A DNA stretch of 64,000 nt from Candidatus Omnitrophota bacterium (GCA_021735655.1 JAIPGM010000002.1:258747-322746); one strand, 5' to 3'. Positions 45,371 through 56,239 are shown, numbered from the stretch's first letter. A program made the numbers and translations. Notes: a model not told the origin generated them from the letters alone.

Positions 45371-46135
45371 TTAATAAGGATGCTTGGGTTTTCTAAAAAT
45401 ATCATAAAAACCGCTTAATTTAGCCCAAAGCCTTACTCCGCGATCGCGATCAGTGATTTTAATCCTTCGAAGAGTGAACGGAGTTAACTTTTTAGAAAAA
45501 CCACGATTGGTAGTGCAAGCACATAAATAACCTGCCAATTCAACCTCTTTTAATGTTTGCCGATTATACCCACCAATCGTATAAGAAAAAAATTTAATCG
45601 TTTTCGAAAACAGATCCTCTAAGGCTGCCTTTGAATTTCTAATTTCATAGCTAAGCTCATTCGGCCCTAAACTCGGCAAATAAGCCTCGCTTACTGTATG
45701 AGAACCAATAGTTATTTTAGGATTCTCTAAGGCCTGGGCGATATCAACTCTTGATAGATAGCTCGGACTATTTAACTTATCGACAATAATAAAAAATGTA
45801 GCCGGAAAATTAAATCTTTTCAATACCTCAAAAGCAACCAGATTATCTTTATGCCCGTCGTCAAAAGTTATAACCAATGACTTTTTAGGAACTGGTGCTC
45901 CGGCTCGGCGCAAGCGACAATATTCATCAAGCTCAATCACCCGATAACCATGTCTGTCGATATACTCCATCTGCTTAATAAAATTATCCGGAGCAACAGC
46001 CGCATAGTTATCTATCCTTTCTGGGTCAAGTGAATGATACATAAAAATCGGAGTTTCGTAGTTACGATTAAGATACCAAAAAAACGAAAAGAAGATAATC
46101 CATACAATTAACAAAGGAATAAAAATCTTTTTCAT
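45371..46135 (-). CDS. Polysaccharide deacetylase (NodB/CE4 domain)
   Basis: LVITFDDGHKDN (TFDDG motif) and HT...SHT region; N-terminal TM anchor. Confidence 0.7.
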   Translation of the reverse strand: MKKIFIPLLIVWIIFFSFFWYLNRNYETPIFMYHSLDPERIDNYAAVAPDNFIKQMEYIDRHGYRVIELDEYCRLRRAGAPVPKKSLVITFDDGHKDNLVAFEVLKRFNFPATFFIIVDKLNSPSYLSRVDIAQALENPKITIGSHTVSEAYLPSLGPNELSYEIRNSKAALEDLFSKTIKFFSYTIGGYNRQTLKEVELAGYLCACTTNRGFSKKLTPFTLRRIKITDRDRGVRLWAKLSGFYDIFRKPKHPY

Positions 46136-47205
46136 TGCCCAGCCTCCTGATATACTTTTACGGTTTCAGAAACCATACGTTGCAAGGAAAAATTAAAAAC
46201 GTCCCTATAGGCCTGTTCAACGATTCTCTCTCTCAATTCTTTACCCGAAATAACTTCCTCAATCGCCGAAGCTAAAGCAAAAGGTTTATAGTCATAAAAT
46301 AAAATTCCATTTTCACCGTTCCTAATAATTTCTGATATTCCTCCAGTATTGTAGCCAACTACCGGAACCTTTTTAGCAAAAGCTTCAACCACTGAATAAC
46401 CAAAACCTTCTTTTATCGAAGGAGCAATCAATAAATCTACCAGGTCAAGAAACTCCTCGGAAGTAGTTTGAATAAACTTTACATTGCGATTAAGCTCACT
46501 AGCCTCTATCGCCTCTTTTAATTCGTCTTTTAATTTACCTTCACCAGACACTAAAAGATAGGCATCCTTATGCCGGGGAAGTAATTTTTTCATTGCTTCA
46601 AGAGCTAAAAAATGTCCTTTCTCTTGAGATATTCTACCAAGAATCCCAATTAGATAATCTCCGGATCCAAACCCATACTGCTTACGATTGATAACCTTAG
46701 GAGAAAACTCTTCGGCGTCAATACCATTATAAACCACCCGAATCTTTTTTTCACTAATCCCTAAATCATCAACTAAGTGATGCTTTACTTTTTTACTAAC
46801 AGCAATTGACAGAACTCCCGAAAACGAAAATAATTTTCGAAACAACCCCGGCTTATAGAACCCGTGGAATGCACAAATGTAAGGAACCTGATATCTTTTC
46901 TGAATCAAAGCTCCAAGGCTTTGAGTCGCCCGAGTATTAGCATGAATTAGATCAATTTTAGTTTTACGGATTAATCTTTTCAAAACAAAACAAGAAAACA
47001 ATATTTTAAAACTAAAAATAGCCTTTGTTTTTATTGGAATATATTTATGTACTATGCCAACTTTCACTAATTCCGGAACCCAACTCCCACCGCTTGAAGC
47101 CACGAAAACCGTATGTCCTTGTTTAACCAATCCTTTAGCTAAATTTAAAACATAGCGAGAAACTCCACCGGGATTTAGATGGGTCGCTAAAATCAGAATA
47201 TTCAT
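46132..47205 (-). CDS. Glycosyltransferase family 4
   Basis: GT-B fold; C-terminal EGFGYSVVEAFAKKVPVV (E-x7-E motif) typical of GT4. Confidence 0.75.
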   Translation of the reverse strand: MNILILATHLNPGGVSRYVLNLAKGLVKQGHTVFVASSGGSWVPELVKVGIVHKYIPIKTKAIFSFKILFSCFVLKRLIRKTKIDLIHANTRATQSLGALIQKRYQVPYICAFHGFYKPGLFRKLFSFSGVLSIAVSKKVKHHLVDDLGISEKKIRVVYNGIDAEEFSPKVINRKQYGFGSGDYLIGILGRISQEKGHFLALEAMKKLLPRHKDAYLLVSGEGKLKDELKEAIEASELNRNVKFIQTTSEEFLDLVDLLIAPSIKEGFGYSVVEAFAKKVPVVGYNTGGISEIIRNGENGILFYDYKPFALASAIEEVISGKELRERIVEQAYRDVFNFSLQRMVSETVKVYQEAGQ

Positions 47206-49259
47206 TACTTAAACAAGCTCCTAAGCTTATTAAATACTTCCTGCGGTGTTATTTTTTCTAAACAAAGTGAACTTTCAGAAAATTTACATTTTGGTTTATA
47301 GCAAAAGGAACAAGGTAATTTTTGACAGAAAGTACTAAGGTTACTAGCCTCCACAGTATGCCGACTAGGGTCAGTTGGTCCAAAAAGAGCAACCACTGGT
47401 ATTCCGATAGCCATCGCTAGATGAAGAGTTGCTGTGTCGGGGGTGATAAAGACTTTAAGCCTACGCAAGGCTTGAGCTAAACCGCCAAGAGTAGTTTTGC
47501 CGCAAAGGCTGATTGGCGGAATTTTCAAAGCAGCTTCAATCTCGGTGGCTAGTTTCTTAGACTGTTCTTCACCGAAAAGCAGAACTTTAGTTCCTGGTAA
47601 ATTTTTTTGAATCAATTCAATTAACCTAACAATATGTCTAGCCGGCCAATTCTTTGAAACCCAACGTGAAGAGGCCGCTATATTGATTCCAATAAGATTA
47701 GCCTCGGGTAAATTAACCTCAGCTCGATTGTTAGTTTCCCAAAAAATTAACTTTTTTTCTTTAAGCCTTACGCCCAATAATTCTAAAATTGACTCTTGAG
47801 AGCTAAGCGGATCTAAGTTACGTTTACAAGTTATTCGATTGGAGAGCAACTTACCCCAACGAAGACTATAGCCAAATGAGTAGCGTCCAAAACTTAAAAA
47901 AGAAATTAAATGCGAAGCATGATTATTCTGAAAATCAATTATATAATCAAAACTCTCGCGACGTAAATTCTTTGAAAGCTTACAAAGATTAGTAAATTTC
48001 TTATAATTATCCTCCACGGTAATAATCTTATCGACATAAGGGCACCCGTCTAATAAGGAATAATACTTCCTTGAAGTCAAAAGAGAAATTTTAGCCTTCG
48101 GGTAGGCTTGACGAATCGCTTTAAGCGAAGGGAAACTTAAAATAAGATCACCCAAAGAAGAAATTTTAACTACTAAAATATTTAAACCGCTAATCGTGGA
48201 CTCATAAACTTTTTTGGTCTCATCTAAACATTGCTCTGAAGCATAAAACCGTTCTACCTTCCTGCGTGCGCACTCAGTAAGCCTTTGGGCATATTGCGGA
48301 TCCTTCACTAGTTGTAAAATAGCTTGGCCTATTGCTTCAGAGTTTTTAGGTTCAACCAAAATACCATCTTTACCCTGTTCAATTATCTCCTTGAATCCTC
48401 CAAGGTTGCTTGCAATTACCGGAACTCCACAAGCAAAAGCCTCAATCACCACCCGGCCAAATGACTCCTCAATTACTGAAGGTGCAATCAGGACTCGTGC
48501 TTTACTCAAAGCATCTTCGATATCTTTCTTAAAACCAATAAACTCAACATTGTAATTTAAAGAAAAACGGCTTACCAAACTTTTCAAATAATCCAAATAT
48601 CTTAGCTTAGATTTATCGGCCGAACCTATTATTTTTAACTTAAAATAAGGATTAAATCGCACCACTCGCCTAAAACCCTCTATCAAATATTCATAACCCT
48701 TAGTCGATGAAATACGCCCAATACTAACAATCAAATTACTTTGAGCTCTACTCTGATAATCACAAAAGTTAAACTTAGCTAAATCTACCCAACGTGGTAT
48801 AACTTTAATCTTCTCGTCACTAACCCCAAACTGTTCCTTCATATGGCGAGCAACTACTTTGGAAGGACAAATAACATATTTACCCCAGCCCATAACATCA
48901 CTAGACAAAGGGCTTTTGTAAACACCGTGAGCCGTGGTAATAAAGTGGGTCTGAGTTGTCCGTGTTGCAAAAAAGCTTATCCAGGCTGGCACGCGGCTTC
49001 GAGCATGAACAATATCAATATTTTCTTTACGAATAATCTCTCTTAATTTTCGTATATAGAGCAAACTAAAGATAGATTTCCTATGCACTGGTAGTTTATA
49101 GTGAGTAATACCTTGCTTTTCTAGCTCCTCAACGAGTCTCCCTCCGGAGCTAACCACAATATTGTCCACCCCGCGGTCCTTAAAATATTTTACTAAATCG
49201 ATCACTCCCCGCTCGATACCACCAATATTCATAGCTGGAAGAATCTGCATTATGCGCAT
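47205..49259 (-). CDS. Bifunctional fusion: GT4 glycosyltransferase (N) + GT9 heptosyltransferase (C)
   Basis: N-terminal 360 aa: GT4 with ESFGRVVIEAFACGVPVIA. C-terminal 320 aa: GT9 (ISSLGDLILSFP; TPDTATLHLAMAIGIP). Confidence 0.7.
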   Translation of the reverse strand: MRIMQILPAMNIGGIERGVIDLVKYFKDRGVDNIVVSSGGRLVEELEKQGITHYKLPVHRKSIFSLLYIRKLREIIRKENIDIVHARSRVPAWISFFATRTTQTHFITTAHGVYKSPLSSDVMGWGKYVICPSKVVARHMKEQFGVSDEKIKVIPRWVDLAKFNFCDYQSRAQSNLIVSIGRISSTKGYEYLIEGFRRVVRFNPYFKLKIIGSADKSKLRYLDYLKSLVSRFSLNYNVEFIGFKKDIEDALSKARVLIAPSVIEESFGRVVIEAFACGVPVIASNLGGFKEIIEQGKDGILVEPKNSEAIGQAILQLVKDPQYAQRLTECARRKVERFYASEQCLDETKKVYESTISGLNILVVKISSLGDLILSFPSLKAIRQAYPKAKISLLTSRKYYSLLDGCPYVDKIITVEDNYKKFTNLCKLSKNLRRESFDYIIDFQNNHASHLISFLSFGRYSFGYSLRWGKLLSNRITCKRNLDPLSSQESILELLGVRLKEKKLIFWETNNRAEVNLPEANLIGINIAASSRWVSKNWPARHIVRLIELIQKNLPGTKVLLFGEEQSKKLATEIEAALKIPPISLCGKTTLGGLAQALRRLKVFITPDTATLHLAMAIGIPVVALFGPTDPSRHTVEASNLSTFCQKLPCSFCYKPKCKFSESSLCLEKITPQEVFNKLRSLFK

Positions 49260-51064
49260 TAAATTAACTCCTTTAAAGCAAAGGCTAGCTTCTCTTTATT
49301 CTTTAAAAACATATTCGAAGAGCGCAAGGTTATTGATTCTAAGTCATAGGGTGGCTTGAGAAAATTAATCTCATCCTTTATCGAATCTAAAAACACTTTA
49401 TGCTTATCATCTTCAATGCCCAGCCAAACACAAACAGTAAACGGATTAATTGAAACACTTTCTGATATCATTGAAATACTATCATTGGATACAAAAGCAA
49501 TATCCGCTAAAGCATTAAAACCTTCAAAAACAAAATCGAAATTAGCTTGACTTGCCCTGACCCAAGCCTCGGTGTGAGAAAAATGATTAAACTCTTGCTG
49601 TAGATATTCCTCAACCTCCTTAGGCGTACGCCGTGAGCTACTTAAAATGATTTTATAATTATTTTTCTCAGCAAATATTTTCAATCCAAACACGAAAGAC
49701 CTTAAGTTTGTAAAAAACTCTTTTCCGTCTAACAATGGTCCACCGACAAAAAAAGAAATCTTTTTTTCTTCACTTAGTTGAAAAATACTTTTACATTTAT
49801 TAATTTTATCAGTTAAATTTTCAGGATAGCAAAGTGCTCCTTTAATTGACACTGCTTGTGGGCTACGAATTCGATCATGTTCAGGAATAACTGCTAAATC
49901 AAATTTTCGCAATGGCACGTTGGGACGTAAAATAACCGCTGACCTTGCACCTAGATATGAAGCCAGTAACTTATTAACTGGAGCAACAATGCTTCCAGTG
50001 CTTATTACAATATCCATGCAAACGCTATCTAAAGCCTGCCAGCTCTTTTTATCAACCAACAACGAAAGCAACCTTCCGGCAAAAACCATATTTGATCCGA
50101 TACAAGTTGCTAAGATATCGGCAATAAATCTATGCACTTGGCTACGGTAAGTAATTTTAATCACTTGGCTACGTACCGGGTTTTCTCCTTCTTCCAATAT
50201 TTTAAGTAAAGCTTTGGACTGCTTAAGGTGACCAATCTTACCATCGCTTAAAATTACAACATCGCGATTTATCTTGCGCTTGAAGCGTTTATAATACCAA
50301 AAATATTCCCAGGGGTACTTTCTCAAATAATTTTCATAAATCTTATATAAAGATCTCAGAACTTCCTTATCGTCCCTACCAACAACATCAATCGGCTTTC
50401 CAATCTCGCTTACATGATAAAAACGTTCCTTGCGATAACAAAAATCAGGAAATATTTTTTTATTAAACTTTTTAGCTAAATATACCGACCCCCTCGGGGT
50501 AGGAACTAAATGAGAAAAAAACTCAACTACCGGTGCATCTTTTTCAGCGCCATGATCAATAACTATGCCGATTAAATTCTTCTGCTTTAAATAGCGAATT
50601 AATTCCTTTAGGGAAAAAACTACATTGATTTTACCGTCCTGACGTACTTCATTTAAAAAACGGTCCAGCTCTTTATTTTTTTGTTGCTTGGCGAAAACAG
50701 CAAAAGTATGCTTATGAGCGAACAAAGATATTGCTGTCTCCCAATTTCCGGCATGGATTCCGACAAAGATACCACCATCAGCAGTAAGGTTTTCCTCTCC
50801 TTTTATCGTCACATAAGGATATATCCTAGAAGCAATAAGATTTTCAATAACATCTAAAGCTAAATAACAAAAACTCCGCTTAAGAATTGAATGTACCTCT
50901 GAATAAGATTTCTCAGGAAAGGCTAATTTTATGTTTCTAAAAGCTACCCGCCGCTTGCGTGGATGGTAATAAAACCCAAGTCCGATCGTTTTTCCTAAAA
51001 ACCAAATAATCCAAAGTGGCGTTTTTAATAATATTTTTTGCAGCTGCTTACAAAAACGATACAT
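49259..51064 (-). CDS. Lipid A biosynthesis (Kdo2-lipid IVA) acyltransferase LpxL/HtrB-like domain fused to a C-terminal ELM1/DUF1022-like putative transferase domain
   Basis: N-terminal ~290 aa resemble LpxL/LpxM (TM anchor, LKRSFCYLALDVIE, GGIFVGIHAGNWE). C-terminal ~300 aa are a separate alpha/beta domain (VVILSDGKIGHLKQSKALL...) of uncertain function. Confidence 0.55.
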   Translation of the reverse strand: MYRFCKQLQKILLKTPLWIIWFLGKTIGLGFYYHPRKRRVAFRNIKLAFPEKSYSEVHSILKRSFCYLALDVIENLIASRIYPYVTIKGEENLTADGGIFVGIHAGNWETAISLFAHKHTFAVFAKQQKNKELDRFLNEVRQDGKINVVFSLKELIRYLKQKNLIGIVIDHGAEKDAPVVEFFSHLVPTPRGSVYLAKKFNKKIFPDFCYRKERFYHVSEIGKPIDVVGRDDKEVLRSLYKIYENYLRKYPWEYFWYYKRFKRKINRDVVILSDGKIGHLKQSKALLKILEEGENPVRSQVIKITYRSQVHRFIADILATCIGSNMVFAGRLLSLLVDKKSWQALDSVCMDIVISTGSIVAPVNKLLASYLGARSAVILRPNVPLRKFDLAVIPEHDRIRSPQAVSIKGALCYPENLTDKINKCKSIFQLSEEKKISFFVGGPLLDGKEFFTNLRSFVFGLKIFAEKNNYKIILSSSRRTPKEVEEYLQQEFNHFSHTEAWVRASQANFDFVFEGFNALADIAFVSNDSISMISESVSINPFTVCVWLGIEDDKHKVFLDSIKDEINFLKPPYDLESITLRSSNMFLKNKEKLAFALKELI

Positions 51065-51066
51065 AA

Positions 51067-52086
51067 CTACTCACCCTTGCCAATAACCTTCGACCTTACC
51101 TCAGCCAAAAATTCAAGTTCATTCTCAATTTGCAGTTCTATTTCCATAACAATAATATTAAGCTTACAACTCATAGCCGGAAGATGATATCTATCCTTAC
51201 TGGTAATTATTAAGTCATGAATATCTTGCGACAATAAATCAGTTTCAATCTTTTTATATTCTAAATCCGAAAGCTCATGATGATCCGGATAGATAATTTC
51301 AGATACAAGATTCAACCCCGACTCTTTTAACTTATTAAGAAAACCTTGTGGATATCCAATCGCCGTAAAAACTGCTACCCTTTTATTTTGAAGTTTTTTA
51401 GTCTCAATTACTTTCGAACTTAAATCGATAAATTGCCCGAGTCTATAATTAGAAAAATACAAAGAACTGTTACCTGTCAACCGCTTGATTTCTGATATAA
51501 TTTTGTCGCGATCGGAAATCTCATCCGCATAGTTAATAAGCACCAAATCTGCTCTCTTTAGGGAACTCCAAGGTTCCCTAAAAAAATCTGCTGGGATTAG
51601 CTGCCGGCTTCGTGAAAACTCCCTGGCCCCGATAACAACAAGATTAAGCTCCCTTTTTAATCTACGATACTGAAATCCATCATCAAGGATCAGAATCTCA
51701 AATCGAGAACCTAACTCTTTTGCTAGGCGACACCTGTCGGGGCTTGAGTATACATTTTGAGATATCTCTTTGAGCAGCAACTCTTCGTCCCGACCGTAGC
51801 CGCGACGCAATATCGCAACTTTAAATTCAACCGATAGTCTTTCGTTCAGCCAAATCGCTAAAGAAGTTTTTCCTGAACCTGCCCAAGAAATATTACCGAT
51901 ACTAATAACTTTTGCCTGCGACCGATAAGAACTAAACATATTGTGGTCGTAGAAAAAATTACGTAAGCCTACTACAGCTCCATAAACCCAAGAAAGTATC
52001 TCCAAAAACCAATGAAAAACTATTTCCGCTGCGTTTTTTTTATCTTTTTCTAAAAAGCTCAAATAAAGCTGTTTTAATTTAAACAT
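51067..52086 (-). CDS. lpxK: Tetraacyldisaccharide 4'-kinase
   Basis: P-loop in LpxK context (VISIGNISWAGSGKTSLAIWL) and typical length (339 aa). Adjacent to waaA. Confidence 0.75.
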   Translation of the reverse strand: MFKLKQLYLSFLEKDKKNAAEIVFHWFLEILSWVYGAVVGLRNFFYDHNMFSSYRSQAKVISIGNISWAGSGKTSLAIWLNERLSVEFKVAILRRGYGRDEELLLKEISQNVYSSPDRCRLAKELGSRFEILILDDGFQYRRLKRELNLVVIGAREFSRSRQLIPADFFREPWSSLKRADLVLINYADEISDRDKIISEIKRLTGNSSLYFSNYRLGQFIDLSSKVIETKKLQNKRVAVFTAIGYPQGFLNKLKESGLNLVSEIIYPDHHELSDLEYKKIETDLLSQDIHDLIITSKDRYHLPAMSCKLNIIVMEIELQIENELEFLAEVRSKVIGKGE

Positions 52087-53383
52087 TGCCTTTATTTAGT
52101 GCTAACGACTGTAAAACTATTTTTAAATTTTTATCTAAGCTTTGTCGCTCTTGCTGAAAAACCTCATGACAACGACTGCTTAAATTCTTACGTAATGCTT
52201 CATCCTTAACTAACCTTAAGAGAACCTGTCTTAATTGCTCCTTATCCTCTACTTTAATTCCAGCCCCCTTTTCCAAAACAACTTCTTCAACATCGAGAAA
52301 GTTATCCATATGACAGCCAAAGATAGTCGGCTTCTCGAGGTAAATCGGCTCCAGGATATTGTGTCCTCCATCGGGAGATAAACTCCCGCCAACAAAACAA
52401 ATATCAGCAAGACCGTAAAAATAAAATAGTTCACCTATTGTATCTAGAATAAAAACTGGATTTTTGCTCTTGTTTGCGCCCTGCAAAAAGCAATTAGAGA
52501 TTTGACTTACCTTGAAGGGTTCAAAACCTTTAAAACGAGCCAACTTTTCAACAGCTGCCACTCGTTCAGGATGCCGCGGAGCAATCAAAAACCGGAAATT
52601 ACCCGACGGCTCAACAACATCTTTATATACCTCTAACAAAATCTCTTCTTCCCCGGGATGAGTACAACCAGCAACAAAAAGAAGTTTATCACTGCCCTTG
52701 AGAATTGGCTCATAAACTTTTTTGATGTTGGCGGAAACCTTTTGATCAATCGAAATGCTTTCAAATTTCATATTTCCACTAACCACTATCTTACCTTCAT
52801 CGGCTCCCAAAAAACAAAAACGCTCTTTATACATTTCATTTTGAACCGCTATGTAACTACACTTATTAATTACCACCTTAAGTACCGACCGAATTAGCTT
52901 ATAGCGCTTAAAGGCCTTATCGGAAATCCTCCCGTTAATAATCAGAATTGGTATTTTACGAGCTGCCAGCTGAAAAAAAAGGTTTGGCCAAATTTCAGTT
53001 TCAACGGCAATAAAAACCTTTGGCCGGAACACCTTTATGAAATGCTTAATAACAATAGAAAGGTCTAAAGGAAAAAAGACTACTTGAGCGCAATCAGAAT
53101 ATTTATTTTTCGCTATTCTGTTTCCGGTTAAGGTCGTAGTTGATATGATAATTTGATTATCGTAATATTCCCTTATTTTTTGAATTAAACTTCCAATTAC
53201 ATTTGCCTCGCCAACACTAACTACCTGTATCCAGATAGCTTCTCCGGAAGCTAAATTCTTTACTAATCCAAATTTCTGGCAAAAAGCTGAAAAATTTATT
53301 TTCTTACGCCAAATATAAACCGGAAGATAAATAATAAAACCTAGAAAAAAAATACAATCATAAAGTAAAAGTAGTACCTTCAT
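52079..53383 (-). CDS. waaA: 3-deoxy-D-manno-octulosonic acid (Kdo) transferase
   Basis: GT30 family: N-terminal TM, WIQVVSVGE motif (WxHxxSVGE-like), C-terminal GGSL...GGHNILEP. Confidence 0.8.
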   Translation of the reverse strand: MKVLLLLYDCIFFLGFIIYLPVYIWRKKINFSAFCQKFGLVKNLASGEAIWIQVVSVGEANVIGSLIQKIREYYDNQIIISTTTLTGNRIAKNKYSDCAQVVFFPLDLSIVIKHFIKVFRPKVFIAVETEIWPNLFFQLAARKIPILIINGRISDKAFKRYKLIRSVLKVVINKCSYIAVQNEMYKERFCFLGADEGKIVVSGNMKFESISIDQKVSANIKKVYEPILKGSDKLLFVAGCTHPGEEEILLEVYKDVVEPSGNFRFLIAPRHPERVAAVEKLARFKGFEPFKVSQISNCFLQGANKSKNPVFILDTIGELFYFYGLADICFVGGSLSPDGGHNILEPIYLEKPTIFGCHMDNFLDVEEVVLEKGAGIKVEDKEQLRQVLLRLVKDEALRKNLSSRCHEVFQQERQSLDKNLKIVLQSLALNKGNV

Positions 53384-54261
53384 CGTGCTCGTGGGTGCGC
53401 TTTTTGGTAAACGTTTTTTAAAGAATCTATCGTAAGATGGGTATATATTTGAGTAGTAGCTATTGTTGAATGACCTAAAAGCTCTTGGACACTTCGCAAA
53501 TCAGCCCCTCGGTTAAGAAGATGGGTTGCGAAAGAATGCCGAAAAGTATGTGGTGACACATGTAAATTAAGCGCAGCTTTTTTTATATACTTAGAAATAA
53601 TTAACCTAACTCCGCGATCGCTTAGAGGGCCGTTTCTTCGATTCACGAATAAAGCCTTAGTGTCATCCAGACGGGCATCTACGTATTGCTTAATACTAAC
53701 CACTGCCGGTTCCCCCAAAGGAAGAAGTCGTTCCTTGCGCCCTTTTCCCTTAACTTTGACAATTCCTCCAATAAGATCTACCTCATCTATTTTTAAGGCG
53801 GTCATTTCAGAAACTCGGGCCCCAGTTGAATAGAGAAACTCTAAAATTGCCTTATCGCGAAGAACTAAAACACCATCTCCTTTAGGGAGATTCAAAACCA
53901 GGCCAACTTCTTTTTCAGTTAAAAATTTAGGTAACGGCTTATCAAGACGGGGGTAAATTAACGAAGCTGCCGGATTATTCTTCATAATACCTTCGCGTAG
54001 AATAAATTTAAAAAAACTTTTAAGAGTAGATATCTTGCGCGATATGGTTCGCTTATCCAATCTCTTTTCACTCAAAACCCCCAGGAACTTACGTAGCAAA
54101 AAGTAATCAATGCTTTTAATATCCCTGCAGTTACGTGAGTCCAAAAATTCGGAAAACTCGTTTAAGTCCCGTTGATAATTAATAGCCGTATGCTGGGAAT
54201 AATTTTTCTCAATAGTTAGATAATTAATAAATTTATCGATATAGTATGAAAAAGAGTTCAT
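53380..54261 (-). CDS. Tyrosine recombinase XerC/XerD family
   Basis: R...HxxR...Y catalytic signature (ARVSE..., HTFRHSFATHLL, LLGHSTIATTQIYTHL); 293 aa. Confidence 0.8.
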   Translation of the reverse strand: MNSFSYYIDKFINYLTIEKNYSQHTAINYQRDLNEFSEFLDSRNCRDIKSIDYFLLRKFLGVLSEKRLDKRTISRKISTLKSFFKFILREGIMKNNPAASLIYPRLDKPLPKFLTEKEVGLVLNLPKGDGVLVLRDKAILEFLYSTGARVSEMTALKIDEVDLIGGIVKVKGKGRKERLLPLGEPAVVSIKQYVDARLDDTKALFVNRRNGPLSDRGVRLIISKYIKKAALNLHVSPHTFRHSFATHLLNRGADLRSVQELLGHSTIATTQIYTHLTIDSLKNVYQKAHPRAR

Positions 54262-56234
54262 TAGTTAACTATAGTTTGTTCTTCTTCTCCTGGCGACTTA
54301 TCATCAGGAAGACTACGGTTAGTATAAGTACACTTTGGAAAAGAACTGCAACCAAAGAATATTTGACCACGCCGGTTTCTACGCTCAACCAACTCTCCCT
54401 GTTTACACTCCGGACAAACTATTCCAGTGGTAATACTTTCAGCATACTTACATTTAGGAAAATGCTCGCAACTCAAGAAACGACCCTTTCTTGACCATTT
54501 AATTATCATTCGGCCATCACACTTGGTGCAATTTTTATCCGAATATTCAATTTCTTTTTTCGCTAAAATTAATGACCTGTCCACTCGTTCCTTAAACTGC
54601 GGATAAAAATCCTTCAAAATCTTATGCCACTCTATTTTGCCACGCTCAACTTCATCTAGCTTTTCTTCCATCGAAGCGGTGAACCCTTCATCCATAATCT
54701 TAGGAAAAAACTCTACTAAAAGTTTAATTACCTTTGCCCCTAAATCAGTCGGAATAAAAGCACGTTTTTCTCGACGGGCATAATTCCTTCTAATCAAAGT
54801 AAATATAGTCGGCGCGTAAGTGGATGGCCTACCGATACCTTTTTCTTCAAGCAAGCGCACCAAAGATGCATCGTTATAGCGCGGTGGGGGCTTAGTTACG
54901 TGTTCAATCACGTTAAATTCCCCAGCCTCTAAATCTTGCCCTTTTTTAAGGTCGGGCAAAGGGTTATCTTCAGCTCCCGAATCAAGAACTTTAAGATATC
55001 CCGGAAAAACTACCCGCCTCCCATCGGCGGCAAATTCACTGTCCTTTGACAAAATTATTGCTTTTTTTTGCTCCAACAAAGCCTCTTTCATAACTGTCGA
55101 GAGAAATCTTCGCCAAATTAGTTCATACAGCCGTAGTTCATCATCAGAAAGAGAAGAGGCTAAATCCTCAGGTCTACGATATACGCTAGTCGGTCGTATG
55201 GCTTCATGGGCAAGCTGAGCCCCCTTTTTCTTTTTGTAGCGATACTCTTTATCGGCAATATAATCCTGACCAAAGGTTTCACCAACGAACTCTTTAGCTT
55301 CATTTTTAGCTTTTGAGCTTACATGAAAAGAATCAGTACGCATATACGTGATCAGACCGACGCTTTCATCATTAATTTGGATACCTTCGTATAGCTTCTG
55401 GGCAATCATCATTGTTTTTTGAGCCGAGAAATGTAATTTGTTAAAAGCTTCTTGCTGTAAAAGTGAAGTAATATGTGGCGAAGGTGGTTTTCTCGTAGAG
55501 TTTTTCTTTATTATATCTTTTACCGAAAAATCTTGATCTTTAACTATCGCTATACACTGATCGGCATCGGTTATTTTAGTAAATATTCCTTTTTTACTTC
55601 TGTACTTATTAAGTTTGGCCTTAAAAGTTAAATCCTGAGTCTTAAATTGAGCTTCAACTGAATAAGTAGTTTGTGGTTTAAATTTTTCTATTTCTTTTTC
55701 ACGCTCAACGATAAACTTTAAAGCTATCGACTGTACTCTTCCGGCTGAAAGACCGCGAACTATCTTTTTCCACAAAAGCGGTGAAAGACTATAACCAACA
55801 ACTCGGTCTAAAACTCTTCGGGCAATCTGTGAATTAACCCTATTAACATCTAGCTTACTCGGATGCTTAAAAGCCTCAATTAAAGCCTCCTTAGTAATTT
55901 CATGAAAGGTCACCCGACTGAACTTCGTTGTTACTTCTGATAGCTGTTCTTTTATATGCCAACTTATCGCCTCCCCTTCTCGATCCGGGTCAGTAGCCAA
56001 ATAAACTACCTTTTTCTTTTTGGCTTTTTTCTTTAACTGCTTTACTGCTTTTTCTTTTCCCGAAATAATCTTATAGTTTGGTTCAAAATTATTTTCGATG
56101 TCTATTGAAATTTTATTGACCGGTAAATCTACTAAATGCCCCATTGAAGAGACAACTTCGTAATCTTTTCCTAAAATCGAGCCAATGGTCTTTGCTTTTG
56201 TCGGCGATTCAACTATAACTAAATACTTACTCAT
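54261..56234 (-). CDS. topA: DNA topoisomerase I
   Basis: TOPRIM (YLVIVESPTKAKTI), catalytic Tyr region (GLITYMRTDS) and C-terminal Zn-ribbon repeats (CTKCDGRM..., CPECKQGE...). Confidence 0.9.
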   Translation of the reverse strand: MSKYLVIVESPTKAKTIGSILGKDYEVVSSMGHLVDLPVNKISIDIENNFEPNYKIISGKEKAVKQLKKKAKKKKVVYLATDPDREGEAISWHIKEQLSEVTTKFSRVTFHEITKEALIEAFKHPSKLDVNRVNSQIARRVLDRVVGYSLSPLLWKKIVRGLSAGRVQSIALKFIVEREKEIEKFKPQTTYSVEAQFKTQDLTFKAKLNKYRSKKGIFTKITDADQCIAIVKDQDFSVKDIIKKNSTRKPPSPHITSLLQQEAFNKLHFSAQKTMMIAQKLYEGIQINDESVGLITYMRTDSFHVSSKAKNEAKEFVGETFGQDYIADKEYRYKKKKGAQLAHEAIRPTSVYRRPEDLASSLSDDELRLYELIWRRFLSTVMKEALLEQKKAIILSKDSEFAADGRRVVFPGYLKVLDSGAEDNPLPDLKKGQDLEAGEFNVIEHVTKPPPRYNDASLVRLLEEKGIGRPSTYAPTIFTLIRRNYARREKRAFIPTDLGAKVIKLLVEFFPKIMDEGFTASMEEKLDEVERGKIEWHKILKDFYPQFKERVDRSLILAKKEIEYSDKNCTKCDGRMIIKWSRKGRFLSCEHFPKCKYAESITTGIVCPECKQGELVERRNRRGQIFFGCSSFPKCTYTNRSLPDDKSPGEEEQTIVN

Positions 56235-56239
56235 AATTA

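Noticed and set aside
53380-54261. XerC/XerD-like recombinase as a marker of an integrated mobile element
   Set aside because: It sits inside a housekeeping operon (aroK-dprA-topA-xer-waaA-lpxK) with no att-like repeats, integrase-adjacent cargo or compositional shift, so it is most likely the chromosomal dimer-resolution recombinase.
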